Shown here piece after piece: positions 1 through 9,841 of a DNA stretch of 64,000 nt (the stretch's first letter is position 1; each line of letters opens with the position of its first letter). Below the pieces are notes generated by a model. It did not search any database. It was not told where the DNA came from and worked only from the letters and a program-made list of their open reading frames with translations. The DNA comes from a virus (lineage: Duplodnaviria; Caudoviricetes): IMG/VR virus record IMGVR_UViG_3300020037_004820; one strand, written 5' to 3'. The position numbers and the translations under genes are program-made.

Positions 1-942
1 GATCGTTTCCCATCATATACATCTATATGAAACTTGAAATCATATTGTTTAACGATTCTTTGCATTTCTGCAACAGTTTTTCCTTGAATAAGGGAACAAA
101 TTTCTTGTTTAGAGTATTTCATGGTATTTTACTTTCTCTAATTTCATAGTATTTACAATTATCCATTCCTGGCAAAACCTAAAACATATGATATCATATT
201 TGATCCTTCATTTGTTGTTTTTTTCTTTGAATAGCATTTGCTAAAATCTGTTTTTTATGATTTATTAAATCATTACTTATATTCGTATAGTGATAGAAAT
301 TATGCTGTTCAAAAAAATCTGAATCATCTGGCAAAATGTATCCGCCATAACTGGCTATTCTTTTGATTTTGCCATATTGAATTTTTTCATAAATATATTG
401 TTTCATTATATAGCATAATGAGCATTTACAAATTTTCCAATTATGAGAAGAATGATCTTTTTTTATCCGAAAGAATAAGCCAGCTATAATTGTCTGATGT
501 TTATCAGCAACAAGCTGGCTTATTCTTTCATTAAGCTTATCTAAATTATCCATTTAGGAGTAAACTAAAATCACCGGAAAGAGCTTTTTCAATAACTTTT
601 TCTTTCTTTTTAATAGACTCGATAGCTTTTTTACGTTCTTCTACTTTTGCTTTTGACCAATTTTCGGATACAAGTTTACCATCAGCATCATAAGATTGAA
701 CATCTGGCTTGATCTTTTTGAATTCATTTCTCGCTTTGTTACAATCTTCAACTGCTTTGAATAGAAGATCAGTACGTCTGGTAACTTCTAAGTTTACAAA
801 CTGATCAACAACAGCATTAGATATTTGCTTGGTAGCATTAGAAATTTTCAGTGCAACTGTTTTATTCAATTCACTAAGAACATCTGCATTTGCATCTTGT
901 GTAGTATCAAGTTCTGGATTTTCTGTACTCATCATTTATCCT

Positions 943-2076
943 TTAGGTATCTCTTTTGGTTTTGTAAACTGCGACAGTTACAGGAAAACGCGGAACTCCA
1001 TCAGGAGTATATTGGAAGAATTTCACTGTACCTTGTCCGCCGATATAGCTCTCTGCGTCTATAAGCAGCTTCGTATAGTAGTCAACCCCACCCTTGATTC
1101 CTGATCGAAATAGACGCCCATCTGGCAATTTGTACGTTATTGCGCCGGCCATGCCTGAGCGATTGCCGCTGCCTTCTTCGATTTGTACAATATCGAACTC
1201 CGCGTCTTGGAACTCCTTGCGCTTTAAGAGCTTATTTGTTCTCTTGTTTGCATAAGGAGAATTATGACGAACAATTTGTCCTTCATAACCTTGTCCAATA
1301 TATTGTTCATAAAGCGCATCTAAAGTTCTTTGATGAGGTATGTGAGAAGTTTCTACTAAATGTAGTATTCCTTCTTCAACTATTTTATCGAAGAATAATC
1401 CTGCTAAAAATTCCATTCTACCAAAAAAAGGAGTCTTATCAGGTTCAAGCAGTAAGCAATCGTATATATGATACTGAATCAGTAATTCTGATTGTTTTAA
1501 ATCTTCGGGCGTTGGTTTTGATTGTTTCGCTAAAGACATTATCTTATTAAAATCATCCTTTAATTGATGATTATATATTTCTCCATCTAAAATTAATCCT
1601 GGGTACAAATCAAAAATAGGAGAAAGAGCTTCCAATATATGTGGACAAGATATGATTGGTTTGCCTTGACGGCTCCAAAGACCATCTTTTTTAGCTATAC
1701 ATCTCATGCCATCCAATTTCGGCTGACAATAAACTCCTTCTGCATATTCTTTAGGAGTAATTGGATGATCATTATAATCTTTTGCTAACATAGGTTTGAA
1801 GAAATTATCTTCATCTATATCGTCAATTGATTGATTATAATTACCTTGAGCCAATTTCTTTTTATATTGAGATTGAACTTCTGCATGAGCTTGATCGTCA
1901 GGAGAAGTTTCATTCTTTTTTCCAATATTTTTTCCTAAACAAGATGTCCATTCGGTGACAGTAATTTTACCGTCCAGTTGTCCAGAAAAAGTTCTATATT
2001 TAGAACCTTCCTGTTCCATATACCAAGTCTGAGTTGCACCAGTTGCAGTCTTTTTGTAGAGAGTTGGGAATATCAT
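943..2076 (-). CDS. ATP-dependent DNA ligase
   Basis: Motif I KLDGMRC, LDGEIY, EGQIVR, LLKRK and C-terminal OB fold ending PRFPV; N-terminal WGR-like segment. Confidence 0.9.
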   Translation of the reverse strand: MIFPTLYKKTATGATQTWYMEQEGSKYRTFSGQLDGKITVTEWTSCLGKNIGKKNETSPDDQAHAEVQSQYKKKLAQGNYNQSIDDIDEDNFFKPMLAKDYNDHPITPKEYAEGVYCQPKLDGMRCIAKKDGLWSRQGKPIISCPHILEALSPIFDLYPGLILDGEIYNHQLKDDFNKIMSLAKQSKPTPEDLKQSELLIQYHIYDCLLLEPDKTPFFGRMEFLAGLFFDKIVEEGILHLVETSHIPHQRTLDALYEQYIGQGYEGQIVRHNSPYANKRTNKLLKRKEFQDAEFDIVQIEEGSGNRSGMAGAITYKLPDGRLFRSGIKGGVDYYTKLLIDAESYIGGQGTVKFFQYTPDGVPRFPVTVAVYKTKRDT

Positions 2077-2596
2077 GATTTAGATATGTTCCTTTGTTCC
2101 ATTTCCGAAAGTTCTCTTTCTATTTGAAGTTTCTGTAATCTTAGTTTTGCAAGAGCTTCTTCATGTTTAGACTTTTGGTCCGATAACCGTTGGTGCTCTC
2201 TATACTCATTCCATGCAGCCATCTCCTTCAAATAATTATTTTTCAACTCTGCATTTTTCAACTTAATTGAAGGATCAATAACATACAAACAAACATTGTC
2301 TGATACATCATAAGAATCCACCAAAGGATGACTAGATGTCAAATGAATATGAGATCTTTCATAGAATCTTCCAGATTCTTTTAATTGGGTTAAAAAATTA
2401 TTTATTTCTTTATCAAAGCTATCAAGAGAATAACAATCTACGTTAACTAACGTAATGGCTTCTGGATCATCCATGTCATCTAGTATTCTCAATACAGGAG
2501 GATCGCAATGCCAAATTTTATCTTCAGAGTAATTCGGAGAATTTGGTTGTTTAATCGGCCGGTCTATAATCAAATTTCTATCGTTTTTTCCTGTCT

Positions 2597-3091
2597 TCAT
2601 ATTTTCTCACCAAGTCTGATTAAAGCGCTAATATAATTTTGCATTCTTATCATATCTTTTTCTGTAAGATTCTTATTCTTAAGACGCCATACTTGAAGGT
2701 TATCTTTGATATCTTCGATTTTTATCTTTCGTGCAACAACTGAATTGGCAACACGTTCTACTCGTTCTGCATATGTTTCGCCTTCACGCTTTGTTAAAGC
2801 GTCAATAGCCTTGCATTGAGCAGCAGTAAATCCTAGTTTAAGAAGATCATCAATAGTAAATTGAGTGTCTTCAATAAGATCATGACATATTGCCACAATC
2901 ATTTCATCTTCTGAATCCATCTTCTCCATAACTCGGAGCGGATGCCTTATATAACTGTTTTGTCCTTTATCTTCCTGTCCAGCATGTCCAATAACTGCTA
3001 TAAGAAGCGCTTTATCCAGCGTAAGCGGACCTTCCAATATGGTTTCTATTTTATCAAATATTTGTTTGAGTAACTTTGCTTTGTCGTACAT
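2597..3091 (-). CDS. HD-domain hydrolase, RelA/SpoT (Mesh1-like) small alarmone hydrolase family
   Basis: HAGQEDK..YIRHPLRV, HDLIEDT and KIEDIKDN match the (p)ppGpp-hydrolase HD pattern. Confidence 0.75.
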   Translation of the reverse strand: MYDKAKLLKQIFDKIETILEGPLTLDKALLIAVIGHAGQEDKGQNSYIRHPLRVMEKMDSEDEMIVAICHDLIEDTQFTIDDLLKLGFTAAQCKAIDALTKREGETYAERVERVANSVVARKIKIEDIKDNLQVWRLKNKNLTEKDMIRMQNYISALIRLGEKI

Positions 3092-3448
3092 TTGATCTCC
3101 TTAGACCATGTATCGATTACAAGTATCAATAACTGATTTATTCCAGTCACATGCTTTAGCTTGGATTAGCTTATTAGTTTCTATTCCGCCTATTTCTAGG
3201 GCTTCTATTTTATTGATATCCCAGCAAATATCGAATATATATGCCTTCAATTCTGAGGCAAGTTCTGAGTAAGTGTGTGCGGCACACGTCTCTATATTAT
3301 GAGTAATATCTACGAATTTAGCTTGGTCACCTTCTGCCAAAGCCGTTTCAGCGTCATTTACGAGAACCATGATGTCATGGATAATATCTGAAGTCTGAGC
3401 AGAAGTAGTAATTTTAGTAGCGATCATTTTTTCTCTTTTAGTAACTAA

Positions 3449-4585
3449 TCAACGATTTCTAAGCAGAACTTCTGCTATCGAAATTTGTTCTCTATTCATT
3501 CCAAACCAACTTTCTAAGTAAATGTCTCGAATAATAGAATCTAATTTTTCCGAATCAACTTTATCAGGTAACTTTGAATTAGTAAATGCAACTTTCAGTA
3601 TATCTTCCATCTCATCTTTAGTCTTCATTATAATATCATATGTATCTAATTCGTAATAACCTTTCTTAATATCTAAGAGATAACTACGTCGGTCTTCGGG
3701 TTGTTTTAAAATTAAACCTTTACCATTTAATGCATCTTGGCATTGGAAATAAAGTCGTATCAAGTGTGATGCATGTTTAGTATCACAACCACATTTTACT
3801 TCTGTTGCGTATCGTTTAGGATTTCTAGTTTCTTGCCAAGTTAAGAATTGTTTATATTCTCTAACAATATTTTCATATTTTCGCTCTTGATTAAGAGCTA
3901 ACATAATATCTGAATCTAAGCCAAGAACTTTTCCGGCCGCCCACCATTTTTCATCACTTCCAATACGCATTTCTTCTAGCATTTCTGCAAGAGCGTTTAT
4001 AATATCTATGCGTTCTGCAAAGTTTTGATCTGTAAGATCTTTTAAATTCCAAGCATCTAATTTTTTGGTTATAGAGGCATTAATGGCCTTAATGCTATTC
4101 GAATCTAATACAGGTTTAGAAGGTAAACCAAATTCTTCTCTAGAGAGAGGAGGAACAGGAGGATTTGTCATCCAACGTCTATGTCCTTCTAATCTAGCTA
4201 ATTGACTTTTTGCATATCCGCTAAAAGTAAAATAAATCTTTTTAGTAAGAAACATATCTCTTACAGAGATCAATTTCTGACCATGAGGAGTACAATGCAA
4301 AACTTCGGTAGGTTCTACGAATAAAATTTCCAAAACGTTAGGATTAGCATCCGCAGCCAATTTAGCAAATTTCTTTAATCCGAATAATGTAAGATCAACT
4401 TCATAACCATCATGTTGATGTTGTTGTATTTGATCAAAACTTTGATAATACGAAATAAATTCTTCTACAGGTTCTACGATTATGCCACGAATATCTCGAT
4501 CACTTTCAGGAGTATTAAGTCCATAAGCATGCGATCCGTGTAATACACTTAGAATAGAGTCTTTAACTGTTTTTGAGGTTTTCAT
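3449..4585 (-). CDS. Pol-beta superfamily nucleotidyltransferase (RlaP/YcgL-like)
   Basis: GSHAYGLNTPESDRDIRG (GS..DxD), ANPNVLE, KHASHLIRL. Confidence 0.8.
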   Translation of the reverse strand: MKTSKTVKDSILSVLHGSHAYGLNTPESDRDIRGIIVEPVEEFISYYQSFDQIQQHQHDGYEVDLTLFGLKKFAKLAADANPNVLEILFVEPTEVLHCTPHGQKLISVRDMFLTKKIYFTFSGYAKSQLARLEGHRRWMTNPPVPPLSREEFGLPSKPVLDSNSIKAINASITKKLDAWNLKDLTDQNFAERIDIINALAEMLEEMRIGSDEKWWAAGKVLGLDSDIMLALNQERKYENIVREYKQFLTWQETRNPKRYATEVKCGCDTKHASHLIRLYFQCQDALNGKGLILKQPEDRRSYLLDIKKGYYELDTYDIIMKTKDEMEDILKVAFTNSKLPDKVDSEKLDSIIRDIYLESWFGMNREQISIAEVLLRNR

Positions 4586-5094
4586 TTATTATCTGCTTTT
4601 TGATTAAAGGAGATAAGCGATCTATATAATCTATTAGAATTAGATCGAAGTTAGATATTTGAGAAATCTCTCCATTTCTATTTGCTATTCCAGTTGAGAT
4701 AGAATGTGCTAATATAATTGAAGGACCTATAGATTTTGCAAGTTGCGTGAATTCTTTGAATAGATCAAAAGGATTAGTCACAACATGCACCTAATGTTTT
4801 TACCATTGTTTTTACTTTTTCGAACTTACGCAATTCGAAAGTAAGCATTGCTTGAAAATCAACTACTTTGCAATAAGTAGCATCTACTGTATATTCGCGA
4901 TCTCTAGCCTTGGCTAGCACCTTTTCATATTTGTTATTATATAACAACTCTGTCAATAGAGTTGGAGGTTTACCATTACCTTCTTTGTATACTCTTAATA
5001 TTTTATGAATACCGGGAATTCTCGTACAATATACAAAATCACCTTCTTCAAAATCAATAATTTCTTTCATTTTCTAATTGGTTCTCCTTAAAGG

Positions 5095-5121
5095 ATAAAA
5101 GCCCTTAATGAGGGCTTTTAT
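5095..5121. terminator. Bidirectional intrinsic terminator
   Basis: ataaaagccct-taatg-agggcttttat hairpin with A/T tails. Confidence 0.6.
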
Positions 5122-5376
5122 TTACGGTTGTCTGGGTGTGACTCTTTCCCATATATAGGGTTTACTGTATTCTGGTGAGGATTGGAAAACTTTATACGCT
5201 TCATCATTCTGATTAATCGTATCACGTTTTCGGGCTAAAGCATTGACAAATTTTTCGAATAAAGAAGGATTAGAAAGAGATGCTTTATAGAGCAAATTCT
5301 TAATCTTCTCTTGCTTAGCTTCTGGCAAATGATCTATCTTTTTGCGCAGTGCTTTTTTGACTTTAGATTGATTCAT
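5122..5376 (-). CDS. Hypothetical basic protein (start MNQSKV; the longer ORF call overlaps tRNA-Cys)
   Basis: AAGGA RBS upstream of ATG at 5376; upstream part of the ORF is a tRNA. Confidence 0.55.
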   Translation of the reverse strand: MNQSKVKKALRKKIDHLPEAKQEKIKNLLYKASLSNPSLFEKFVNALARKRDTINQNDEAYKVFQSSPEYSKPYIWERVTPRQP

Positions 5377-5399
5377 CTTGTATTCCTTAAATGGTAATA

Positions 5400-5475
5400 T
5401 GGAGCACGCATGTAGAATTGAACTACTGTTTACAGGTTTTGCAGACCGGCTCCGGGCCACCCGGATTATGCGTGC
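5400..5475 (-). tRNA. tRNA-Cys(GCA)
   Basis: GCACGCA/TGCGTGC acceptor, loop CT-GCA-AA, TTCAATT T-loop, U73, CCA. Confidence 0.8.
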
Positions 5476-6485
5476 ATGTTTCACTCATCATTAATTAGAT
5501 ATGACTCTTTTGCTTAAGAGCCTTCTTTTTGCGAAGAATATCTAAACATTGATTATAAGGTATCTCTTGTCCTAATATTTGCACCTTTCCAGTCTTTTTA
5601 GACTGTTGCATTACATTATATTTTGGAGGAGAACCAGAAGGAACAATGTTTATCATAAAAATATGTCCAGACGTTAAAAATGTCTCTAGAGTCTTATTAT
5701 CCGGCATTGGAGCAGACATTAACGCCTCTTGTTTTTATACTTATCTGGTCTAGGTCTATGGCGTTTTTTATTTTCACCACCATGAATAGGACATAAAGTA
5801 CATTTACCTGTTTTGTTACAGATTTGCCATTTACGGCGCTTTTTATATATCGAAGAATTTGTATCTAGATCAGTCATTGACTTAATACTTTATACAACCA
5901 ATGAGCTGCTTTGAATGCTTGAATTTCTTTGACACATTCGTTATACAAAACAAGTGCCATTCCTGTTCCAAGAACAGCAGTTGCTAAACATGCACCAAGC
6001 AATTGATCAGTAAATTTACTCATCATCAGGTCCTTTTGCGACTGGCCTATGAGGGTCATATATGCGCACACCCTTATATGTCAAGTGTTCGTCTAGGCGA
6101 TGCTCCATGCTTCCTAAAAGCAGTTTATGAATTGTTCTTAAAACTTCGCTCTCAGTGGCATTTTTAGGAATGTACCATTCCCGAGTTTTTTGAATGCAAA
6201 GTTCACCAGTGTCTACATCTGGTTCTTCATATTGAAGGTGAATAAGATTTCCAAAGATAAAAGAACTTATGTTAACTTCTTGAAGAACAAATTGTGCTTT
6301 AGGCCATAAGCCTCCAACAGATACTTTGTTTATAATTTGCTGAAGTTCCATATGTCTAGATGGAATAAACAATTCCGAATTCGTTTTCATTCTTAGACCT
6401 CTTTTGCGTTCGCGCAAATCGCTGCATACGCAATTTCCATCTTCTTGACAATTATCGCAGTTTAGTGTAATCATTACTGAGTGGT

Positions 6486-6562
6486 TGGTGGAGATTATGG
6501 GTATCGAACCCATCACATCCGCATTGCAAGTGCAGATCGCCAGCCTTGGATCATGAATCCCC
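6486..6562 (-). tRNA. tRNA-Ala(TGC)
   Basis: GGGGATT/AATCTCC with G3:U70, loop CT-TGC-AA, ACCA; D-arm pairs poorly. Confidence 0.85.
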
Positions 6563-6845
6563 GTGTACTTTAATTAGTTATCTAAAAACTGGACCTGTTG
6601 GTTTAGGCTCTTTTATTTCCAGTTTGAATTCTGCTGGACCTCTGTAAGAACAATTATAAATTTCATATGAAATTTCGTCTTTTTTCTCTGAGATCATTTT
6701 CTTATAAAACTCGGTAAGAAGAGGATTTAATTGTTCTAAATATTGAACTTGAAAATATTTAGTATCAGAATTGTAACCATCTGATGCATATGCAATACAT
6801 AAAAAGTTGTATTTTTTGTCTTTAGACAGGATCATATTTAGTCCT

Positions 6846-6937
6846 TGGAGGAAGTAACAGGATTCGAACCTGTGGAGCCTTTTTAGGGGCTCGCTTGTTT
6901 AGCAAACAAGAGCAATAATCCTCTCTGCCATACTTCC
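6846..6937 (-). tRNA. tRNA-Ser(GCT)
   Basis: GGAAGTA/TACTTCC, TT-GCT-AA loop, long variable arm, CCA. Confidence 0.9.
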
Positions 6938-6955
6938 CTATATTTATTATTAGAT

Positions 6956-7045
6956 TGGCGGAAGCTAAGAGAATCGAACTCTTGAGAGGCTATTAACCCC
7001 TAGCCGCTTTCAAGGCGGTGTCCTCGTCCATGCCGGGCAACTTCC
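6956..7045 (-). tRNA. tRNA-Ser(TGA)
   Basis: GGAAGTT/AGCTTCC, CT-TGA-AA, long variable arm, GCCA. Confidence 0.85.
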
Positions 7046-7119
7046 ATATTTATTTTCTAGGTCTTCCGTGACCTTTATTTAGGGATCTATAAGTCGATGT
7101 CAACGAATATTCGGGATTT

Positions 7120-7195
7120 TGGTAGCACTGGTCAGAGTTGAACTGACAACAATCGGTTTCTAAGACCGACGCCTCTGCCATTGGGCTACAGTGCC
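7120..7195 (-). tRNA. tRNA-Leu(TAG), short variable arm
   Basis: GGCACTG/CAGTGCT, TCGGT-CTTAGAA-ACCGA, ACCA. Confidence 0.85.
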
Positions 7196-7208
7196 ATTTA
7201 AGAAAATT

Positions 7209-7285
7209 TGGTAGGCGTTACAGGATTCTAACCTGTGATCACGGTATGTAACACCGATGCTTTAGTACAGCTAAGCTAAACGCCC
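7209..7285 (-). tRNA. tRNA-Val(TAC), U19-A56 elbow variant
   Basis: GGGCGTT/AACGCCT, loop GT-TAC-AT, T-loop TTAGAAT, ACCA. Confidence 0.8.
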
Positions 7286-7331
7286 TTATCACTATAATTA
7301 GATTTGTCCATTTGAACGAATCTTTAATTTT

Positions 7332-7408
7332 TGGTCGGGATGACAGGATTTGAACCTGCAACTTTCTGCACCCAAAGCAGACACTCTACCAGATTGAGCT
7401 ACATCCCG
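7332..7408 (-). tRNA. tRNA-Pro(TGG)
   Basis: CGGGATG/CATCCCG, TT-TGG-GT, canonical D and T arms, ACCA. Confidence 0.92.
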
Positions 7409-7418
7409 TTAAGAGAAC

Positions 7419-7608
7419 AATATCATTGCAGATCAACTATGATATTACTTTGCGGCCGTTTCTCGCCGCTAAAGACCTTCTCATGGCCTTTTCTTACACC
7501 AGTGTTCCAAACCATCTACTACGCAGCCTACGCATACACAAAGGTCCCTTTGTACTAATCGTTACTGTATTGATGGATTTATATGGCTTCCCAAGATCAA
7601 CTGGCTGA
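7419..7608 (-). ncRNA. Putative structured RNA between two tRNA-Pro genes; contains a 52-nt exact copy of 57138-57189
   Basis: Hairpins aatatcat/atgatatt and gcggc/gccgc; ccatc/gatgg and ccagt/actgg stems enclose the duplicated segment. Confidence 0.55.
7520..7571 (-). repeat. 52-bp exact dispersed inverted repeat, copy 1 (copy 2 at 57138-57189)
   Basis: Reverse complement is aatacagtaacgattagtacaaagggacctttgtgtatgcgtaggctgcgta, identical to 57138-57189. Confidence 0.95.
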
Positions 7609-7620
7609 CTTCTATTTTTA

Positions 7621-7699
7621 TGGTCGAGAGAGCTGAACTCGAATCAGCATAATCCTGGCTCCAAACCAGACGCATTATTCCTGCTTATGCTACCTCTCG
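7621..7699 (-). tRNA. tRNA-Pro(TGG), second copy
   Basis: CGAGAGG/TCTCTCG, TCTGG-TTTGGAG-CCAGG, ACCA. Confidence 0.8.
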
Positions 7700-7843
7700 A
7701 TATGGATCGGAAAACAATCCTTCTGACTAACTCGGATTGAATTTTGCACTACTATCAATAGTGCTAAGGGCTTCCTTCTATACCCTTTTCGACTCCAGTG
7801 TGCCCTTATTCGCAGTAAGGTAAATAGTCCCTGGATGATATGA

Positions 7844-7984
7844 AATTGCGGAGAATTGGCGAAAAGGAATTTTTTAGGCGCTCTACCAACTGAGCTAATC
7901 TGCATTGGAATTGCAGATGTTGGGTTCGAACCAACGACATCCCGCTTATAAGGCGATGAAACCCTTTCTATCACTACCGCAATT
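7844..7984 (-). ncRNA. YrlA-like Y RNA with circularly permuted tRNA domain
   Basis: Termini pair (aattgcgg/ccgcaatt). Internal order is T arm (gttgg-ttcgaac-ccaac), acceptor closed by a loop (atctgca-attccaa-tgcagat), D arm (gctc-agttggta-gagc). Lies 5 nt downstream of the Ro60 gene. Confidence 0.85.
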
Positions 7985-7989
7985 ATTTC

Positions 7990-9567
7990 TTATTGCTTGT
8001 TATTCGACTTATCAATAATCTCTCTAGCAAAATGCAGAACTTGATCAGACCATCCGCCAAGAATATAAGTTCTGTTATAAAATTCAGGAATGATTGTATC
8101 TTGGTATCCAGCTACTTGAACCAAAAAGACATTAACATTCGGATTAACCGTTTGTCTGTATTTTTGAACAAGTTTCGGAACATCAATATTATTGCCATTC
8201 TGCCAACGGTAATCCTTATATTCAGCGTTGTTCACACCGTATAAGCCCCCATGACCGGCTTGCATATCAGAATATATGAACACGGTGTCCCAATGCTCTT
8301 TTTCCTTGATAGCTTTATCCCAAAACAGCCATATGCCATTTTCAGTGCTTTGTCCAATCTTGTTTCGATCTGCTTCAAATTGCTTGAGCTTATCTAAGAT
8401 AGATTGCTTCTTTCTCACAACTTCTGTGACTAACTTATCCCCAAATCGGCCAATGTGACCTTCCTCAGAAGATAAAGCAGTCAACCATGCTGTTAGATTT
8501 GCAATCTGCGCAACTTCCATTGTTCCCATTGAAGAAGTTGTAGCACCCCAAGCAGAACCACTATTATCGCAAAGCGACATAGTTTTTCCTTCAAACTTAG
8601 GAATGTTTTCGATCGCTTGAAGCAAGCAATCTTCCAGACCATCTAGAACGATAGCTGGAGCATTAGGAACAGCTTTCATAGCACTAAAGTATCTAAAAGG
8701 AAGTTGCTTACCTGTAGCTACTCCTTCCTTTAGCTTATCCATGAACAACTTAGGATCAACTTTATTGTCCAACAGATTTCGAATATTGCGCAAAAGCGCC
8801 ATATGTCCCATTACATTTAGTGCCTCAGTCCAAGACTCTTTATTGGAGCCTTTTGCTGAAATGATAGCTTCCCAGGTTTCTCCTGTTTGAGACAATTCCC
8901 CGCGAACTAGCTTGTTTACAGCATCGCTTTTTGGGTGAACCAAATTTACAACGTCAACCGTCTTTATGGTACGGTTTCGCATTGTATATTTAGCAAGTGA
9001 ATATTCAGATGCCTTTTCAAGAGCATCTTTCCATGCACGCTTTAGAGAATTAGGAATAGCTTTCCTACCAAATCTAGAGATTTGATAAGCCAAACCAACC
9101 GAAGGTTCATCCATTCTTTTTACAATGGACGGAGCATACTGTCTGATTAAAGACGTACCTTTCACTTTAGGATGTTGAGCTGCTCGCACAAGAATAACTT
9201 GAGGAGTTGTACGAATGTTCCACGCATTGCGCAATTCTGCGGCAAGCTTAAGAGTTGCTTCTGGATCATAATCCAAAGCTTTATCAATAGCAGACTCCAT
9301 CAATTCTGATGCGTTGAGTTTATTCCACTCAATAGGCATTAAAGAATCTAAGGTATCATTTAGATGAGTTACAAGAGAGGGAATAACATACTTCGGTGTA
9401 GAAGTTTTCTTCGCCGCTTCACCATCGATATAATATGGTGGCTCTCCAAAAAAGCTAGAAGCAGCCGCCATTTGCAGTGTTGCAATTGGATTCTTTAGAA
9501 ACCAAGAAGAACCATTCATAAAATTCTTATGAGAAGTATCTATAACTTTACGTGTTGTGTTGATCAT
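7990..9567 (-). CDS. rsr: Ro60/TROVE-domain RNA-binding protein with vWA domain
   Basis: HMALLRNIRN, QLPFRYFSA, MIDAS-like CDNSGS, YSDMQ, GGWSDQV; 525 aa. Confidence 0.9.
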   Translation of the reverse strand: MINTTRKVIDTSHKNFMNGSSWFLKNPIATLQMAAASSFFGEPPYYIDGEAAKKTSTPKYVIPSLVTHLNDTLDSLMPIEWNKLNASELMESAIDKALDYDPEATLKLAAELRNAWNIRTTPQVILVRAAQHPKVKGTSLIRQYAPSIVKRMDEPSVGLAYQISRFGRKAIPNSLKRAWKDALEKASEYSLAKYTMRNRTIKTVDVVNLVHPKSDAVNKLVRGELSQTGETWEAIISAKGSNKESWTEALNVMGHMALLRNIRNLLDNKVDPKLFMDKLKEGVATGKQLPFRYFSAMKAVPNAPAIVLDGLEDCLLQAIENIPKFEGKTMSLCDNSGSAWGATTSSMGTMEVAQIANLTAWLTALSSEEGHIGRFGDKLVTEVVRKKQSILDKLKQFEADRNKIGQSTENGIWLFWDKAIKEKEHWDTVFIYSDMQAGHGGLYGVNNAEYKDYRWQNGNNIDVPKLVQKYRQTVNPNVNVFLVQVAGYQDTIIPEFYNRTYILGGWSDQVLHFAREIIDKSNNKQ

Positions 9568-9596
9568 TGTAACCTCTTACTTTCCGTTTTAGGAAG

Positions 9597-9661
9597 ACTG
9601 TAGAGAATAGGCGGTAGAGTGTAATTTTTAACCGAAGTAACTCTAACTTTACTACTACAGT
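9597..9661 (-). ncRNA. Short Y-RNA-like element 1
   Basis: actgtag/ctacagt terminal stem, tagagt/actcta inner stem, TTACTTC and ATTCT motifs shared with the three other elements. Confidence 0.7.
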
Positions 9662-9668
9662 AATTGTA

Positions 9669-9746
9669 TCCAGAGAATCTTCGATAGGGTGATTTTTTGG
9701 TCAGACGTTAATTTCTGAGGATGAATCCCTACCAATCGCTTCTGGA
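9669..9746 (-). ncRNA. Short Y-RNA-like element 2
   Basis: tccag/ctgga terminal stem, taggg/cccta inner stem, TTCATC and ATTCT motifs, internal tcaga/tctga hairpin. Confidence 0.7.
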
Positions 9747-9766
9747 ATTTTTTTCATATGTCCACC

Positions 9767-9835
9767 AAGACAGAGAATTGGTTGTAGAGTGTTGTTTCTG
9801 CAAATTGAAGTAACTCTACTATTTACTGCTGTCTT
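9767..9835 (-). ncRNA. Short Y-RNA-like element 3
   Basis: aagacag/ctgtctt terminal stem, tagagt/actcta inner stem, TTACTTC and ATTCT motifs. Confidence 0.7.
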
Positions 9836-9841
9836 TGTATT

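Noticed and set aside
7520-7571. Diversity-generating retroelement TR/VR pair
   Set aside because: The copies are identical with no adenine-specific mismatches, the target is at a gene 5' end, and no reverse transcriptase lies in the window
7331-7974. ORFs 7331-7558, 7426-7608, 7690-7974 (and similar ones at 43620, 44010, 46756, 47975, 48425, 49214)
   Set aside because: Shadow ORFs over tRNA or ncRNA genes
9597-9835. CRISPR array or ORF 9701-9886
   Set aside because: The units are degenerate with covarying stems, not identical repeats with spacers; no cas genes are present; the ORF simply overlaps the RNA elements
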